Below are positions 55,737 through 64,000 of a DNA stretch of 64,000 bases, piece by piece; position 1 is the stretch's first letter, and each line of letters opens with the position of its first letter. Location: the NCBI GenBank assembly GCA_965197905.1, contig CBDAOB010000004.1, positions 1,856,001 to 1,920,000 of the forward strand. The letters are read 5' to 3'. Under the pieces are notes generated by a model. That model made no database searches. It was not told where the DNA came from and worked only from the letters and a program-made list of their open reading frames with translations. The stretch comes from Candidatus Latescibacterota bacterium. GTDB lineage: Bacteria > Latescibacterota > UBA2968 > UBA8231. Position numbers and translations under genes: made by a program.

Positions 55737-56747
55737 ATGATTCAGGAAAGTATCAGTCAGCTGATTGGCGGCAACGACATTGGTCGCGACAACGCCCGCG
55801 CCGTCATGAATCAGATCATGAGCGGTGAAGCTACCGACGCCCAGATCGGTGCCTTTCTGGCGGCCCTGCGCTGCAAAGGGGAAACCGTCGAGGAGATCAC
55901 CGGTTGTGCCGAGGTGATGCGCGAGAAAGCCACGCGAATTTCGACGACCCGGGAAAAGGTGGTGGATACCTGCGGCACTGGCGGCGATGGCTCCAGCTCC
56001 TTCAATATTTCCACGGCGGTCGCTTTTGTGGTCGCAGGTGCCGGCCTCTGCGTAGCCAAACACGGAAATCGCGCCATGTCCAGCAAATGCGGTTCCGCCG
56101 ACGTGCTCAGCGCACTCGGGGTCAACATAGAAGCCAGCCCCGAGGTGGTCAGCGCCTGCCTGGAAGAAGCCGGCATCGGGTTTCTGTTTGCGCCGATGCT
56201 CCACGGGGCTATGAAACATGCCATAGGTCCGCGCAAAGAGATCGGCACCCGCACCGTATTTAACGTCTTGGGACCGTTGACGAACCCCGCTGGCGCTCAG
56301 CGCCAACTCATCGGCGTCTTCTCCCCCGACCTGACGCCCACGCTGGCGGGAGTGCTCAGAGATCTCGGTTCGGTGCACGCGTTTGTGGTGCATGGCTCCG
56401 ACGGATTGGATGAGATAACCATCACCGGGCCGAGTCAAGTCAGTGAGCTCAAAGACGCCGAGGTGACAACCTATGAGATCGCGCCAGAAGAATTTGGCAT
56501 GGAACGGGCAGCCGCTGCCAGCCTGAAGGGGGGTGACGCGAACCAAAACGCGCAGATTCTCCTGGATATTCTAGACGGTGGCGACGGGCCGCGTCGCGAC
56601 ATTGTGCTCCTCAACGCGGCGGCTGCCATAACGGCCGGCGATGCCGCCGCCGGCCTCGCTGATGGCGTTGAACGTGCTCGAGAATCGCTCGATTCGGGAA
56701 ACGCGAAGGCAGCGCTGGAAAACCTGAAACGAGTCAGCAATCAGTGA
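55737..56747 (+). CDS. trpD: Anthranilate phosphoribosyltransferase
   Basis: DTCGTGGDG, FNIST, KHGNR, GSAD, FNVLGPLTNP, DGLDE. Confidence 0.96.
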   Translation: MIQESISQLIGGNDIGRDNARAVMNQIMSGEATDAQIGAFLAALRCKGETVEEITGCAEVMREKATRISTTREKVVDTCGTGGDGSSSFNISTAVAFVVAGAGLCVAKHGNRAMSSKCGSADVLSALGVNIEASPEVVSACLEEAGIGFLFAPMLHGAMKHAIGPRKEIGTRTVFNVLGPLTNPAGAQRQLIGVFSPDLTPTLAGVLRDLGSVHAFVVHGSDGLDEITITGPSQVSELKDAEVTTYEIAPEEFGMERAAAASLKGGDANQNAQILLDILDGGDGPRRDIVLLNAAAAITAGDAAAGLADGVERARESLDSGNAKAALENLKRVSNQ

Positions 56748-56756
56748 TCGCAGCCA

Positions 56757-57566
56757 ATGGACCCTAGTCTGCCAACCGCCCCTAGAAACGACATTCTCGC
56801 CGAGATCGCGGCGTACAAACGAGAGTTTGTGCTTCAGCGCAAACGCAATCGCACCTTCGACGACATGCGCCGAGCTGCCGACGACGCGGCGCAACCCGAG
56901 GATTTTCGCGCCGCCGTTGCGGCCGGTGGGGTGGCGTTAATTGCAGAGATCAAAAAGGCATCTCCCTCCAAAGGAGTGATTCGCGAGGATTTTGATCCGC
57001 AGAAGATCGCGGCCGAGTACGCTCAGAACGGCGCGACGGCGCTGTCGGTGCTGACGGACGAAGCCTACTTTCAGGGGTGCGATCGCTACCTCCAGCAAGC
57101 CAGAGAGGTAGCTGAGCTGCCGGTGTTGCGCAAAGACTTCACCGTCGATGAGTATCAGATCTACGAAGCGCGGGTGCTGGGTGCGGACGCCATCTTGATC
57201 ATTGTCGCGTTGATGGATGGCGGCCAACTGGGCGATTTTGCGGGGTTGGCCCGCGAACAGGGTTTGACGGCCTTGGTGGAAGTGCACACCAAGGAGGAGC
57301 TCGACCGAGCGTTGGAACAACCGCTTGAATTGGTCGGCATCAACAATCGCGATCTCTCGACCTTCGAAACGAGCTTGGAGACGACGTTCGAGCTGCAAGC
57401 TCACATCCCCGATGGTGTCACGATCGTCAGCGAAAGCGGGATCAACACTCGTGAAGATATCGACCGACTCGAGGCGGCCGGTATCGATGCCGTTCTCGTA
57501 GGCGAATCGCTCATGCGCGAGCGCGACATCGGCGCCAAGGTGAGAGAGCTGTTTTCAGATCGCTAG
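56757..57566 (+). CDS. trpC: Indole-3-glycerol phosphate synthase
   Basis: IAEIKKASPSKG, LSVLTD, LRKDF, GINNRDL, VSESGI. Confidence 0.96.
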   Translation: MDPSLPTAPRNDILAEIAAYKREFVLQRKRNRTFDDMRRAADDAAQPEDFRAAVAAGGVALIAEIKKASPSKGVIREDFDPQKIAAEYAQNGATALSVLTDEAYFQGCDRYLQQAREVAELPVLRKDFTVDEYQIYEARVLGADAILIIVALMDGGQLGDFAGLAREQGLTALVEVHTKEELDRALEQPLELVGINNRDLSTFETSLETTFELQAHIPDGVTIVSESGINTREDIDRLEAAGIDAVLVGESLMRERDIGAKVRELFSDR

Positions 57567-57587
57567 AGGGGCGACTTTATTTCTGAC

Positions 57588-58571
57588 ATGAAAAAGCGCG
57601 TATTTTCGGGGATTCAACCCTCCGGTAGTCTGCATATTGGAAACTACCTCGGTGCCATTCGCAACTGGGTCAACGACCAGGAAACGTATGACAATATATT
57701 CTGCGTCGTCGACCAGCATGCGATAACGGTTCCGTATGACCCTTCTAGCTTGAAGCGCAATGTGCGCGAGGTTATCGGACTCTACGTGGCTGCGGGCCTC
57801 GATCCGGAGAAATGTACGTTGTTTGTGCAGTCGCATATTCCCGAACACACGGAGCTGGCCTGGCTGCTTACCTGCACGACACCGATGGGTTGGCTCCAAC
57901 GCATGACCCAGTTCAAGGAGAAGTCGGAGGGCCAGCGTGAGAAGGTGAGCGCCGGCCTCTTTACCTATCCTGCCCTGATGGCGGCGGATATCCTTCTCTA
58001 TCAATCCCACGGTGTGCCGGTCGGGGACGACCAGAAGCAACACGTGGAGTTGGCTCGCGATCTCGCCCAGCGTTTCAATAATCTCTACGGGGAGACGTTT
58101 GTGGTGCCCGAGCCGATCATTCCCAAAATCGGGGCTCGGGTAATGGGTCTTGACGACCCCACCAGCAAGATGTCCAAATCGGCGGAGAGCCAATGGCACC
58201 GGGTCGATCTCCTGGATGAATCCAGCAAGATCAGCAAGAAGTTCGGTCGGGCGGTTACCGACTCTCAAAAGGAGATCGTGTTCGACCCGAAACGCCCAGG
58301 GGTATTCAACCTGCTGACGATCTACCAGGCGATTTCTGGAGAGAACGCGGAGAAGCTCGAAGCGCATTTTTCGGGGAAAGGGTACGGCGATTTGAAGCGC
58401 GAGGTGGCCGACTTGGTCATTGCGACACTGGAACCGATTCAGGGCAGATATCGTGAAATCACCGAGGACCCCGCTTACATTCCAAGGTTGTTGCAACAGA
58501 GCGTGAATCGGCTGCGGCCCCTAGTAAACGACACCATGTCCAGCGTCCGCGACGCTATGGGATTCGGCTGA
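57588..58571 (+). CDS. trpS: Tryptophan--tRNA ligase
   Basis: SGIQPSG, HIGN, YPALMAADIL, VPVGDDQKQH, KMSKS. Confidence 0.96.
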   Translation: MKKRVFSGIQPSGSLHIGNYLGAIRNWVNDQETYDNIFCVVDQHAITVPYDPSSLKRNVREVIGLYVAAGLDPEKCTLFVQSHIPEHTELAWLLTCTTPMGWLQRMTQFKEKSEGQREKVSAGLFTYPALMAADILLYQSHGVPVGDDQKQHVELARDLAQRFNNLYGETFVVPEPIIPKIGARVMGLDDPTSKMSKSAESQWHRVDLLDESSKISKKFGRAVTDSQKEIVFDPKRPGVFNLLTIYQAISGENAEKLEAHFSGKGYGDLKREVADLVIATLEPIQGRYREITEDPAYIPRLLQQSVNRLRPLVNDTMSSVRDAMGFG

Positions 58572-58582
58572 AGGAGGACACA

Positions 58583-58840
58583 ATGGACCTGAGTGACTGG
58601 CGGGCGCGCATCGACACCGTCGATCAACTGTTGGTAGATCTTCTCAATCGACGCATGCGCTATGCGCTTGCGATCGGGGATATCAAACGCCAGCAGGGCC
58701 AGCAAATCTTCGATCCCAAGCGAGAGCAGGAAGTCATCGAAGCAATCAAGGAGTACAACGAGGGTCCCATGACCGGCGGCGCCATTGAGGAGATCTTCGC
58801 GCGCATCATGAAGGAAGCCCGCGAACTGGAAGCACAGTAG
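58583..58840 (+). CDS. Monofunctional chorismate mutase (AroQ type)
   Basis: WRARIDTVD..LV.LLNRR, IGDIK, DPKRE. AGGAGG RBS. Confidence 0.9.
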   Translation: MDLSDWRARIDTVDQLLVDLLNRRMRYALAIGDIKRQQGQQIFDPKREQEVIEAIKEYNEGPMTGGAIEEIFARIMKEARELEAQ

Positions 58841-58848
58841 GAGGGTTT

Positions 58849-59946
58849 GTTTTCTTTAACCGAGTTGTCATAGTCGGTGTTGGGCTGATCGGCGGATCGT
58901 TCGCTCTCGGTCTCAAACGCACCGGTTTTACTGGCACCGTCGTCGGTGTCAGTCGTGGAGAAACGATTGACCGCGCCCTGGAGTTGGGAGCCGTCGACGA
59001 GGGGTGGGGATATGATCAGCTGGATCGCGCGTTGGAAAAGGCCGATCTGGTCGTGGTGTCTACGCCGATTAAGCGGATCCTCGAACTCTTGGAAGAGATC
59101 GCCGCTCACACCCCCCCGGGGGTTCTGGTAACGGATGTGGGCAGCACCAAACGCAAGATTATGGAACGAGCGCAGAGCGTCCTGACGGGGGATCGACACT
59201 TCGTGGGTGGCCACCCGATGGCTGGCTCGGAAAAGGCGGGAGTGATGGCCGCGGATCCATTTCTTTTTCAAAATGCCATTTACATCCTGGTGCCGGCGCC
59301 CGGGGTGCCGACGTCCTTGTACGGGGAATTTTCGCGGTTGTTGAGGCGCCTGGGCGCCCGCGTGTTGGAGTTGAGCGCGGAAGTTCATGACCAGGTGGTA
59401 GCGGCGATCAGCCATCTACCGCAAGTAATGGCGACGTCGCTGGTGAACTTGGTGGGGCGATTGAACGAAGAATCAGGACATTTCACTACGTTGGCGGCCG
59501 GTGGGTTTCGCGACCTCACCCGCATCGCTTCCAGTCCGTTTGCTCCAGTGTGGAGCGATATCTTCGGCACTAACGCCGACGAGATCCGCGCCATGGTCGA
59601 CCGCTATGTAGAGATTCTGGTCGATATTCGTGGGCGCCTCGAAGACGCCGGTCTTGAAAAGGAGTTTACTTACGCCAATGACGTCCGCGCTACCATTCCG
59701 CGAGATGCCAAAGGGTTTCTGCACACCCTCGAGGAGCTTCTTGTGGTAGCAGAGGATAAGCCGGGTGTGATCGCCGAAATCGCCAACGCGCTCGCCAACC
59801 AGGACATCAATATAAATGATATCGAGGTGATGAAGGTTCGGGAGGGTGAGGGCGGAACTCTGCGGCTGGGATTCGAGGGCGCGGATGCGGCCGAGCGCGC
59901 CCTGCGGGTTCTGACAGACCTCGATTACGTGGCGCGCAGACCCTGA
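58849..59946 (+). CDS. tyrA: Prephenate/arogenate dehydrogenase with C-terminal ACT domain; start codon anomalous
   Basis: The frame extends 5' of the track ORF (58984) through RVVIVGVGLIGGS. TDVGSTK, GGHPMAGSE, HD, SHLP, RDLTRIA, and ACT motif DKPGVIA. Confidence 0.88.
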   Translation, partial: VFFNRVVIVGVGLIGGSFALGLKRTGFTGTVVGVSRGETIDRALELGAVDEGWGYDQLDRALEKADLVVVSTPIKRILELLEEIAAHTPPGVLVTDVGSTKRKIMERAQSVLTGDRHFVGGHPMAGSEKAGVMAADPFLFQNAIYILVPAPGVPTSLYGEFSRLLRRLGARVLELSAEVHDQVVAAISHLPQVMATSLVNLVGRLNEESGHFTTLAAGGFRDLTRIASSPFAPVWSDIFGTNADEIRAMVDRYVEILVDIRGRLEDAGLEKEFTYANDVRATIPRDAKGFLHTLEELLVVAEDKPGVIAEIANALANQDININDIEVMKVREGEGGTLRLGFEGADAAERALRVLTDLDYVARRP

Positions 59947-59956
59947 CCGGTAATTC

Positions 59957-61234
59957 ATGAGTGTCCAGCTTAAGCCCGCCGATCGATTGCGCGGCGAGAT
60001 CACGGTGCCCGGAGAGGTCGGCACGGCCGCCCGCACCCTCCTGATCGCCAGCTTGTCCCCCGGTGAAAGCCGTGTGGGCAACGTGCCGCCGCAGGTGGCG
60101 TCCCTCTGCGATTGTCTGCGATCGTTGGGGGTTGAGATCCGTCAAAACAACGGCGAAATGCTGGTATCGGGCCGGGAGGTGGGAGGCCTTGAACCCACGT
60201 CTGCAGTCCTGGACCTGACGGGGGTGGGCACTGCGCTGCCGATCGCGTTGGCGATGCTGGCGGGACAGGCATTCACCAGCCGTGTCCGCCTGGGGGACCG
60301 GATGGCGTTGGCCCGAGAGTTCCTCAAGATGCTCATGCCAATGGGGGTCTCATGGCACTCTATCAGCGATGATCTGATCGAGCTGGGTGGCCAGCCGCTC
60401 AACGGGTGTGAACTCTCTGTCTCCGATCTGGGGATGGAGGAGAAGCTGGCCATCATGGTGGCCGCGCTCCACGCCGCCGGAACCAGTTTGTTGCCGGAAA
60501 ACGCGAGTCAGCGGGAGGGAGCCGTTCAGGCGTTGCGGCAGCGCGGCGTAGTGGTAGAGCGGCAAAAACTGGGGAGCGGATCGTCGTATCAGATCCGCGT
60601 CGAAGGGGGGCAGCCGGTGCAGCCGGAGATCGTCGAGCTGGCCGGAGATCTGCAACTGACTTCGGCATTCCTGGCGCTCGCATTGAGCTTGAACAGATCG
60701 GAGATAACTATTCGCAACGTCGAGGTTCGCGCCGGGCGCCGGTCGTTCTTCGATCTCATGCGCCAGCTAGGAGGTCCGGTCGAACTGGTGAACGAGGAAG
60801 ACGGGAACCATCGTTTGGAAGCCCGATCCGGATCGTTGAAAGCGACCCGAATCGCGGGCAAGCGCGTGGAGAAGTTGCTGGACGAGCTGCCGCTGGTGGC
60901 GGTGGTGGCCACGCAGGCGAAAGGCGAGTTTGTCATTCGCGACATCGAACGTCTTCGCCAGGATCCGCCGGATCGCGTCGCCCACCTCGTAGAGCAGCTG
61001 CGAGCCATGGATGCCAAGGTCGGCGAGTTTCCCGAGGGCATCGTTATCCAAGGCGGCTACCCGTTGCGCGGGGCGCGCATCGATTGCGCCAACGATCCGG
61101 CGCTGGCGCAGGCCTTTGCTGCCGCCGGACTACTGGCCGAAGACGAAAGCGAATTGGAAGGGACCAAGGCGTTGGAGAATCTGAATCCCAAGTTTTTCGA
61201 AACCCTCGCGTCAATAACGGAGGAAAAGAAATGA
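59957..61234 (+). CDS. EPSP synthase (AroA)-fold protein with degenerate active site
   Basis: LRGEITVPG, GD, LDELP, DR and P.FF scaffold retained. The canonical KS...R, GNxGT, SSQ/SAQ, KE and DHR motifs are absent. Confidence 0.8.
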   Translation: MSVQLKPADRLRGEITVPGEVGTAARTLLIASLSPGESRVGNVPPQVASLCDCLRSLGVEIRQNNGEMLVSGREVGGLEPTSAVLDLTGVGTALPIALAMLAGQAFTSRVRLGDRMALAREFLKMLMPMGVSWHSISDDLIELGGQPLNGCELSVSDLGMEEKLAIMVAALHAAGTSLLPENASQREGAVQALRQRGVVVERQKLGSGSSYQIRVEGGQPVQPEIVELAGDLQLTSAFLALALSLNRSEITIRNVEVRAGRRSFFDLMRQLGGPVELVNEEDGNHRLEARSGSLKATRIAGKRVEKLLDELPLVAVVATQAKGEFVIRDIERLRQDPPDRVAHLVEQLRAMDAKVGEFPEGIVIQGGYPLRGARIDCANDPALAQAFAAAGLLAEDESELEGTKALENLNPKFFETLASITEEKK

Positions 61235-61371
61235 GAGGTCTACTGCGGTTGTTCGTTCTGCTCGCCGTCATGTTCTGCGGCGGCATCGTACTGATTCGAT
61301 TGCTCTACGACGTTTCGTGGAGTGAGAGTGTGGAAATCGCGGACCAATTCGTCGAGGATCTCTTCGGTTGA
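61231..61371 (+). CDS. Small membrane protein (46 aa)
   Basis: MRGLLRLFVLLAVMFCGGIVLIRLLYDVSWSESVEIADQFVEDLFG. GGAGG RBS, ATGA overlap with the upstream stop and TTGA overlap with the aroE start. Confidence 0.75.
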   Translation: MRGLLRLFVLLAVMFCGGIVLIRLLYDVSWSESVEIADQFVEDLFG

Positions 61372-62225
61372 TATCAGGTCGGACCCGGGTTCTGGGCGTC
61401 ATCGGCGATCCGATAGATCACACCCTGTCGCCGGCTATGCACAACGCCGCGTTACAGGTGCTTGAGTTCGATTGCGTATATCTACCGTTTCACGTCTGCC
61501 CCGCTGGGTTGGGCGAGGCGATCGCCGGCATCCGCGCCCTCGACCTGCTCGGCCTCAACGTCACGGTACCTCACAAACAAGCGGTCATGGACCACCTGGA
61601 CGAGATTGCCGATGAGGCGACCGCCATTGGCGCCGTGAACACCATCGCTCTCACCGACGGTATCCTCACAGGGCACAACACCGACGCTTTTGGCATCCTG
61701 GAGAATCTGCGTTCGGAGGGGGGCCTCGAAACCCTGCCGTCCAGGGTCGTGTTGCTGGGTGCGGGAGGAGCCGGCCGCGCCATCCTCTACGCGTTGCTGC
61801 AGCAAACGGAAGTGCGGGAGATTCTGCTGCTCAACCGAACCGGGGCGAAGGCGGAGTCGCTGGCAAGAGATCTGGATCCGGCTGGGAACCGAGTAAAGGT
61901 GGGATCCCTGGACCAGGATCATGCTGAACAGATCCGCGCTTCCGGATTGCTGATCAACTCCACCGCGGCGGGCATGTTCCCGCAGGCGGAAGTTTCCCCC
62001 CTCGCGGACGGCCGCGGTCTGCACCGCGACATACTGGTTGTGGATATCGTCTACAAACCGCAACGAACCGTGCTTATGGCGCAGGCAGGGAAGGAAGGGG
62101 CGCGCGCCCTCAACGGTCTGGGGATGCTCGCCCATCAGGGAGCACGGTCGTTCTCGATCTGGACCGGTCAGACCCCCCCCGTCGACACCATGATGGAGGC
62201 GGCGCTTGCGTTCATTCAAGGCTGA
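61368..62225 (+). CDS. aroE: Shikimate dehydrogenase
   Basis: GDPIDHTLSPAMHN, NVTVPHK, GAVNT, NTD, GAGGAGRA, DIVYKP, GLGML. Confidence 0.94.
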   Translation: MISGRTRVLGVIGDPIDHTLSPAMHNAALQVLEFDCVYLPFHVCPAGLGEAIAGIRALDLLGLNVTVPHKQAVMDHLDEIADEATAIGAVNTIALTDGILTGHNTDAFGILENLRSEGGLETLPSRVVLLGAGGAGRAILYALLQQTEVREILLLNRTGAKAESLARDLDPAGNRVKVGSLDQDHAEQIRASGLLINSTAAGMFPQAEVSPLADGRGLHRDILVVDIVYKPQRTVLMAQAGKEGARALNGLGMLAHQGARSFSIWTGQTPPVDTMMEAALAFIQG

Positions 62226-63906
62226 GGTCGTCCACAGGCTTCTCGAGCTGGTGGAGCTACCCGAAGAGGAGATAGTTGACCTGGTCGCCGCGCCCCCGAA
62301 GGAAGAGATGGGGGACTTCGCCTTTCCCTGCTTCACCCTCGCCAAGACCCTGCGCAAAAAACCGGTAGAGATCGCTTCCGACCTGGCCGCCAGGCTGCAA
62401 CCGGGGAGCGGCATCGAACGGATCGTATCGATCGGTCCCTACGTGAACTTCTGGCTGGAAAGGACGGCGTTCATCGCGCGCACGCTGCAACAGGTCATGG
62501 ATCAGGGCGAGCGCTTTGGCAGTGAAGACCAGGGTCGCGGCAAGACGGTGGTCATCGACTACTCGTCGCCGAACCTGGCCAAACAGTTCAGCATTGCCCA
62601 TCTGCGTTCCACCGCTATCGGCAACGCCATCTACCGCATCCACGCGTTCCTGGGTTGGCGCTGCGTCGGCGTCAATCACCTCGGTGATTGGGGCGGCAAC
62701 TTTGGACAGTTGCTTGCCGCCTACCGCAAATGGGCCGATCCACAGACTGTCAAAGCAAATCCTCTACCGGAGTTCCAGGCCCTTTATGCCCGCTTCAACC
62801 AGGAGCTGGAAACGAACGCAGACCTCAAGGAGGAAGCGCGTCAATGCGCCCGCGAGCTCGAAGCCAACGACCCGGAGACGGAGTCTCTGTGGAGTTTCTT
62901 CGTGGAGGAGAGCCGCAAAGAAGCGGATCGCATCTACGCCATGCTCGACGTGCGATTCGACGAATCGCTGGGAGAGAGTTTTTTTGCGGCGAAGCTCGAA
63001 GAGGTGGTCGAGATGTTCGAAGCAGCCGGCCTGGCGCGAGAGAGCGAAGGAGCGCTCATCGTCGATCTGGAGGAGTTCGACATGCCTCCTTGTATCCTGC
63101 GCACCAGCAGAGGTACCAGCACCTACCACAGCCGCGACTTGGCGGCGATGCTCCATCGTCGCCGGCAATACGATTTCGATCGCATGGTCTATGTTACCGA
63201 CTCGCGGCAGTCGTTGCATTTTCGCCAGTTGTTCAAAGCGGTTGAGCTTCTCGGCGAAGGCTGGTTCGCTCGCTGCGAGCACGCTCCGTTTGGCTTGCTG
63301 AGTTTCAAGGGTGCCAAGATGTCTACCCGAGCGGGGCACGTCATTTTTCTCGAGCGGGTCCTCGACGAGGCGATCGAGCTGACCTCGTCCATCGTAGCCG
63401 CCAAGAACCCAGACCTGAAATCTCGGGACCAGATCGCCCGGCAGGTGGGCATCAGCGCCATCATCTTCGCCGACCTCGATTCCCGGCGGACCCGCGATAT
63501 CGTTTTCGATTGGGAGGAGGCGTTGAACTTCGACGGCGAAACGGGTCCCTATCTGCAGTACACCCACGCCCGTTTCTGCAGCATACTGAGGCGTTACGGG
63601 AAGGCTGTTGGGTCGCAGACAAATCTCGAGAAGTTGGGTGCCGAGGCGGAGATGAGAGTTGCCCGGCAGCTGGCACAGTTCCCGGATACGGTTGCTCGCG
63701 CCTGCGGTGAGAATGAGCCTTCTCTGGTGGCGACCTTCCTGCTGGAACTGGCTACCGTCTCCAACAAGCTCTACAATGAACTGCCGGTGTTGAACCATGA
63801 GGATCAAGATCTGGTGGCAGCACGGATCATCTTGGTGGATTGCATGCGTACGGTTCTGCGGACCGGGCTGGGACTGCTCGGCATGAGCGCACCGGAAGAG
63901 ATGTAG
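62206..63906 (+). CDS. argS: Arginine--tRNA ligase
   Basis: GDFAFPCF, DYSSPN, HIGH-equivalent SIAHLRS, NHLGDWG, KMSTR, GETGPYLQY.HAR, C-terminal PEEM. Confidence 0.95.
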   Translation: MRSFKAEVVHRLLELVELPEEEIVDLVAAPPKEEMGDFAFPCFTLAKTLRKKPVEIASDLAARLQPGSGIERIVSIGPYVNFWLERTAFIARTLQQVMDQGERFGSEDQGRGKTVVIDYSSPNLAKQFSIAHLRSTAIGNAIYRIHAFLGWRCVGVNHLGDWGGNFGQLLAAYRKWADPQTVKANPLPEFQALYARFNQELETNADLKEEARQCARELEANDPETESLWSFFVEESRKEADRIYAMLDVRFDESLGESFFAAKLEEVVEMFEAAGLARESEGALIVDLEEFDMPPCILRTSRGTSTYHSRDLAAMLHRRRQYDFDRMVYVTDSRQSLHFRQLFKAVELLGEGWFARCEHAPFGLLSFKGAKMSTRAGHVIFLERVLDEAIELTSSIVAAKNPDLKSRDQIARQVGISAIIFADLDSRRTRDIVFDWEEALNFDGETGPYLQYTHARFCSILRRYGKAVGSQTNLEKLGAEAEMRVARQLAQFPDTVARACGENEPSLVATFLLELATVSNKLYNELPVLNHEDQDLVAARIILVDCMRTVLRTGLGLLGMSAPEEM

Positions 63907-64000
63907 GCGGCCGGTGGAACAGCGCGCGTCAGCGGATCATACCTCCAAAGCAAAGAAAATATCCGGGGCGATTGAAGGCCCGATCTTTCTGACCGGTTTT

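Noticed and set aside
62560..62620. Non-canonical HIGH motif (SIAH) as a sign of inactive ArgRS
   Set aside because: ArgRS HIGH motifs are known to vary (e.g. SMGH), and all other motifs are intact.

Overview
GC-rich bacterial chromosomal segment, densely coding with about 55 genes. I found no rRNA, tRNA, CRISPR array or mobile element. Left and middle: GldA/GldF-like ABC transporter, ABC-ATPase, an 18-repeat TolB-like protein, rhomboid protease, a LicC-like/MetE-like pair, DAHP synthase, a DinG/XPD helicase-nuclease, mtnP, a DUF455 ferritin-like/ATP-grasp fusion, an LRR surface protein, a beta-propeller histidine kinase, ppk2, an ECF sigma/anti-sigma pair, and surface-glycosylation genes (GT-C, GT2, two CDP-paratose-epimerase-like genes, RmlD-like). 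Right: an ~11 kb aromatic amino-acid supraoperon, trpE(G)-trpG-trpD-trpC-trpS-chorismate mutase-tyrA-aroA-like-small ORF-aroE-argS. The best new signal is not in the ORF track. It is a complete ribosome-dependent attenuator ahead of this operon: a sigma70 promoter, a 24-codon leader peptide whose control window YRYWRRFWY holds only Tyr, Trp, Phe and Arg, and mutually exclusive antiterminator and terminator hairpins. Also notable are an AroA homologue that has lost most catalytic motifs and five reading-frame lesions in four genes, which may be sequencing errors, pseudogenes or recoding. An FCB-group candidate phylum (e.g. Latescibacterota-like) is inferred from protein style only. All family calls come from motif recognition, not database searches.
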